A stretch of DNA of 64,000 nt from Octopus sinensis (taxonomy: Eukaryota): NCBI RefSeq assembly GCF_006345805.1, contig NC_043009.1:51894001-51958000 (forward strand). Direction: 5' to 3'. Both the position numbers and the translations under genes were made by a program. Within the stretch, counting starts at the first letter, position 1. Each line of letters opens with the position of its first letter. This document shows positions 58,543 to 64,000 of this stretch, piece after piece. The notes below the pieces were generated by a model that was not told the DNA's origin, made no database searches, and worked only from the letters and a program-made list of their open reading frames with translations.

Positions 58543-59513
58543 TCCTCTCACCTTAAGTTAATGCACGCCTAGAAAAATTTGAATAAATCGCAGTCATATT
58601 TAAATTTACATTTCAATATATTATTCCAGTCAAATTGTTAATAAATGTGGAATTTGATAAAGTGTTGAATACGTTAAATATTATATACATACAAAAGTTT
58701 CTTTAAGAATTACTAAGGCATATATTGTATTAATGCTGCATTAATACACAGTAGCCTTTCCAGTTATAATATTCACTTCTATTATATAAAATGCTTCACA
58801 AATATATTAAAGTTCTTCGACTACGTACATAGAAAAATACATATACATATACATACATATAATCATTTATGTACATATGTGGACGAAGATATATGAGTGT
58901 GTGTGTGTGTGTGTGTGTATGTATTTGTGTCCATGTATATGAAAATCCCTAAATCTTTATACAGATTGGGCTATAATGATGGGAGAATTATGTAATACAT
59001 ATATTTGGTACTCTAAGATACTAGCATTTAAAAAGTGTTCCATCATTATGGCTCACCCTGGATATATCTATATAAATTAGTTCATCTACACAGTATATGG
59101 TTACGAACGACTAATAATTTCATACGTTGGAGATGTTGTCTAGGCAGGTTTTTACAAAACGCCTTGTGTCTCCATGCAATATGGACGATACAAGTAACAC
59201 ATCAGGATAACAGAACAAGAGAAACCATGCGGAAAAACGAGATGAAGGTGGATGAAAAAAGTGGAAGGGTGAAAAAGACGGAAAGAAAAGAAAAAATACA
59301 TTTACTGGTGGAGAAACAATGTATGGTGTCTTACTTAGATCTGCGATGCAGCTACTCATTCGGTGCGCGGGTGGAGATTGTTCTCCAATTTGTCAAAAGA
59401 AATTTGTCCATCTGTTTGCATTTGCTGGAAAATATCTGATTTGGAATTCATGAGTACGGTGCAATTCTTCTATCTAAAATCGATATGTAATCTTTCAACT
59501 ACGCGTAACTTAC

Positions 59514-59655
59514 GTGTTTTAACATAGCATGAAATTTTTTCTACAATTATCCGCTTGAGTGTATGTGGCGTGGAGTTGGTCTTTAAACCCCATACTTGGT
59601 TAGCCAACTTAGTGACCTTACTTTTATCCATGTTCCAATCTTTTTCTTTATCCAT
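59514..59655 (-). CDS. Candidate first coding exon, MDKEKDWNMDKSKVTKLANQVWGLKTNSTPHTLKRIIVEKISCYVKT (unknown)
   Basis: ATG-initiated frame ending at a canonical GTAAGT donor (59513-59508) in unique sequence. CATGGTAAC motif about 30-40 nt upstream. No homolog recognised. Confidence 0.3.
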
Positions 59656-59908
59656 AACGCAATGTATTTCTTCTTTTCGGCTAGGTTACCATGTCGCGTT
59701 ACTGCGATTTCTGTCTTCTACTTGGAGAAGTCAGGCGTATCATTAAAACCATAAATACTTTGAAACGATCGTATAGATACATGAATAAAAGTAATTATAG
59801 CCCATATTAACATCTCATCTCCTCCATTTACGAAAAAATGATTGAATTTGTTGAACTTTATTTTTATAAGTTAAATCTTACACTTGAGATATATATATAT
59901 ATTTATAT

Positions 59909-59956
<48 letters not shown>

Positions 59957-59960
<4 letters not shown>

Positions 59961-62900
59961 GAACCAGGGAAAAACACCAAATAACGCCAACTTGAAATAT
60001 GTATCCTCTGACCAAGTGGCAAACCAAACAAGTAACTCTTTTTTACTGACATACCTGGAAAATATGAAGGTCGACCTAAGCCAGGAGATCCAGCGAGCCA
60101 TCACCAACCATCTATTCAAATCACAAGGACCACTCACCCATTACCAACTTCCCTTACCTCGACATTCCTGTTAAATGTACGTGGCATCAACCCATCAATT
60201 ATTGCCCAAAAATGGAAGATCCCATATATAGAGAGTTGGCTTGCCGAAATGGCACATTGCTTCCCTTTCTTTATCCTTACCGAGACTCACCTGAACAACA
60301 CCCATATGGACGCAGAGGTGAAAATAAAAGATTTCACCATTGTTCGTGCGGATCGCACAGACCGAAAGAAGGGAGGGACAGCCATCTTTATCCATGACTC
60401 CTTTTCACTTGATGCCAAGGACACATTTTCCAATGGCTACTGTGAATCGGTATCAGTATACAACAAAGCCAAGGACATAACCATTGTTGGTCTTTACAGG
60501 CCTCCCCAGGCACCTCTAAAGTACTTTGAAGAGTGCCTTAGCAAAGTCAAGTCCTTCCTTCGGAAGTACCACTCCGGAAACATAATAGTGATGGGTGATT
60601 TTAACCTCCCTCATGTGAACTGGCCCACAAATACTCCGAAGTTAGGCAAGTGCTCTACATCAGATAGGGCAGCAGCAGAACTGCTCTTTAATCTGATGGA
60701 TGAGTATTTCCTGACTCAGCTAGTGCTTGAACCAACGAGACAGAATAAAACGATCTTGGATCTGGTACTGACCAATCACTCTAGCTACGTTCACAGCATT
60801 TCAGTCGAAAAAACTCTCCTCTCAGACCACGACATGGTACTCTGCAATCTTAATTCCCGACGTATAAAAACCAAACCAGCCAATCCCACTCCATGGCACC
60901 CATTTGACAACATAAATTTCCACAAACCGGACTGGGGAACAATCAGAAAGGATCTGTCTTCCATCGACTGGTCTTTTACTCTCAATTCCCCTCATATTGA
61001 GACCGCGTGGCAGCACTTTGAAACCATTGTCACCGACACATGCTCTAAACACGCTCCCAAGAAATCTACTAACACAAACAGAAACCGGCTCCCTAAAAAG
61101 AAAAAAAAACACTCATCAGGCGCATCAAAAGACTCAACAAAAAAATCAACCAATTAAAATATTCCCACACGCAACATCCACATTCAACAACAATGAAAAG
61201 ACTAGAGCTGGAAAAACTTCATCTGCAGACTAACATGAAAACCTCCATTGAAAATCAAAGAGCTGTGGAGGAACAATGGGTAATCAAAAGCATCAAACAG
61301 AACCCAAAAGTGTTCTATTCTTATGCAAATAAGCATAGAACCACTGTCTCACCTATTGGGCCATTGATTGATGAAAACGGCATTCCCCAACACGATGCTA
61401 AAGAAATGGCAGAAATACTGCAGAAACAATATTGCTCTGTCTTCAGTGTTCCCACTGATATTGATGTGAGGGAAACGAACGAAGCTGACTCCAACACAAA
61501 ATCGCAGACATAACCTTCACTGCCACCGACATCGTAGCAGCAATAAATGAGGTCAAACATTACTCTGCTGTAGGCCCTGATAGATTTCCCGCCAGTCTCC
61601 TGAAGGAATGTAGATATCAACTTGCAGTCCCTCTGACCAACCTCTGGAGAAACTCGTTAGACGCAGGTTATATACCGAAAAAGTTTCTATCCCAGTCGGT
61701 CATACCGGTTTTCAAACAGGGAAACAGATCCCTCGCAGTCAACTATCGCCCAATCTCACTCACCTCCCACATCATTAAAGTGTTTGAAAGAGTGTTAAGA
61801 TCAAGGATAGCTGACTTCCTGGAGACCCACAAACTCCTAAATTCAAATCAGCATGGCTTTCGCTGTGGAAGGGACTGTCTAACACAGCTCTTACACCACA
61901 TTGAAGATGTACTCAAAGCCTTGGGAACAGGTTCGGACTCTGACGTCATATACCTTGACTTCAGTAAAGCGTTCGACAGGGTAGACCATAACATCCTACT
62001 CTCAAAATTGGCAAATGTTGGAATCCGTGGAAAAGTTCTACACTGGATTCAGTATTTCCTAGCGAATAGAACACAACATGTTGTAGTTGATGGAGTCCAC
62101 TCAAACCCAGCAAAAGTCACCAGCGGTGTTCCCCAGGGAACTGTTTTGGGTCCGCTACTCTTCATAATTTATGTAAACGACCTTTTCAGTGTCGTACATC
62201 ACTGCAAAGTGAAAATATTCGCTGATGACACTAAGCTCCAGCAAATCGTCAATGAAGAAGCAGACCGAACTCAACTCCAGTCTGACCTATATGCTGTGAG
62301 TCAATGGGCAGACAGAAACAAAATGCAACTGAATGAGGGAAAATTTGAGCTGATGCATTTTGGAAGAAATTCCTCACTAAAACAACCATACTTTCTTCCT
62401 TCAGGGGAACCGATCACAGCCTCTAACAATATCAGAGACCTGGGTGTAATTGTTGATGACGATCTCAGTTGGAGTGCACACATCAACAAGAAGGTCGATA
62501 CAGCTCGTAGGATGAGTTCCTGGATCTTAAGAACTTTCCGGTCCAGAGAACAAGGTGTCATCATACCACTTTTTTCATCCTTTGTACGGCCACACCTTGA
62601 ATACTGCTGCCCACTGTGGTCTCCTCACACAAGACAAAACATCTCCAGAATTGAGTCACCCCAGAGGGCTCTCACTAAACAAATTGAAGGCATGGCTGCT
62701 CTCGATTATTGGGATCGCCTTAAAGCCTTGAAACTTTACTCCCTCCAGCGTCGCCGTGAGCGGTACATCATTTGTACGATGTGGAAAATATACCGCCAAC
62801 TTTGCCCAAACGACCTAAACATTAGCTTCATCCGAGACTTGGACCACGGGCTATACGTCCCCTGCCAAATTCAAGATCACAACATACATGTACACTGCAA

Positions 62901-63227
62901 CATAATTTCTTTTCCTCAACAGGCCCTGCCCTATTTAACATTGTCCCGAGGGAGATCAAAGAGGAAAAGGATTCCATCAACTTCAAACAGAGTCTGGATA
63001 GATTCCTTCAAAGAATACCAGATAAGCCACCCATAATTGGATACAACTCACCCAACAAGAACTCACTACTTGAACAAAACTGGATACAAATCACCCAACA
63101 AGAACTCACTACTTGAACAAAACTTGACTTAAACAGGATTCGAATAATCCTATCAGGTGGTGCTATTAAGTTAGACATGGCCTGGACCAATCTCTGGTCG
63201 AAACATATCTAAGTTTTATCTAAGTTT

Positions 63228-63228
<1 letters not shown>
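59957..63228 (+). mobile_element. CR1-clade LINE, 5'-truncated, APE + RT ORF2 with a few frameshifts
   Basis: ILTETHL, GLYRPP, VMGDFNLP, ILDLVL, LSDHD (APE); NYRPISL, YLDFSKAFDRVDH, SGVPQGTVLGPLLF, IFADDTK, RDLGV, RPHLEYC..LWSP, YSLQRRRER (CR1-type RT and C-terminus). Ends in (ATCTAAGTTTT)x2; (TA)n on both sides. Confidence 0.92.
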
Positions 63229-63265
<37 letters not shown>

Positions 63266-63286
63266 TAGTCAGACAGACAGACAGAC

Positions 63287-63366
<80 letters not shown>

Positions 63367-64000
63367 TGAGAGATATGGTTCCGTAATCTTAACTCTTTCT
63401 ACAGCATCTTCAACCATTAAATGAAACACTCTCTCCAATTTCATATGTGTATCGTCACATTTAAATATTTCACATACAATCGATTACACAATGACCTGCA
63501 AGTTTTTGAGAAATAACATAGTAAATACATACAAAACACCAATATGTATAACAGATAGGAAATAACATTCATCTAAATAAAAAAAAGTCCGTGCACATAC
63601 CTTACATCGCCCTTAAATTTTATGAAACATTCTTCTTTTTCAACAATAAGGGAAAGTTAATGAACCAACTGTGAGTTGTTAATAGGGATCTTGACGTGTT
63701 ATTTACTTTTTTCTTTGTATCAAAACACAAGCAAGTTTGCTGACATAAATTCGACATAATGAACATCTGTCTCAAAATCCCTTCATGAAAGCCCTGGAAT
63801 TTGGGAAACAAATTCCCCGTTAATATTTCTCTTGATACCAGGATATAAATCCTATCTATTATCGACACAAGTCCTGAAGTTTTGTGGGGAGAGGGCATTT
63901 GATCATATGAATTGAATTGCTTCAACTGGTATTAATTTTATCGACCAAGGAAACGTGAAAGGTAAAGTCGACCTTGGCGGCATTTGAAATCAAAACGTAC

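Noticed and set aside
59035-59439. 134-aa plus-strand ORF
   Set aside because: Non-ATG start, a low-complexity purine-rich middle and no domain. It lies antisense and adjacent to a better-supported minus-strand exon candidate.
63170-63215. GACCA-loop-TGGTC-GAAAC at the CR1 3' end, resembling hammerhead stem II
   Set aside because: There is no CUGANGA box upstream; interpreted as a LINE 3' stem-loop.

Overview
This is eukaryotic, AT-rich, microsatellite-saturated DNA. Its SINE and simple-repeat repertoire suggests an octopus (coleoid cephalopod) genome; that assignment is inferred, not verified by search. No host gene is confidently recognisable, and most ORFs in the track are microsatellite artefacts. 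Transposon content: a Tx1/L1-type LINE inside a (TATC)n array, a CR1-clade LINE, a Penelope-like element (PLE; RT + GIY-YIG), RTE remnants, Tigger/pogo and Tc1 fragments, at least four tRNA-derived SINE families, and a 1.67-kb tandem duplication. The most striking unannotated signal is six type I hammerhead-ribozyme (HHR) motifs folded by eye. They lie in several different short Penelope-type terminal-repeat fragments, and one belongs to the RT/GIY-YIG element itself. Two inverted-repeat copies of one HHR-bearing family are also present. A few weak candidate host exons are reported at low confidence.
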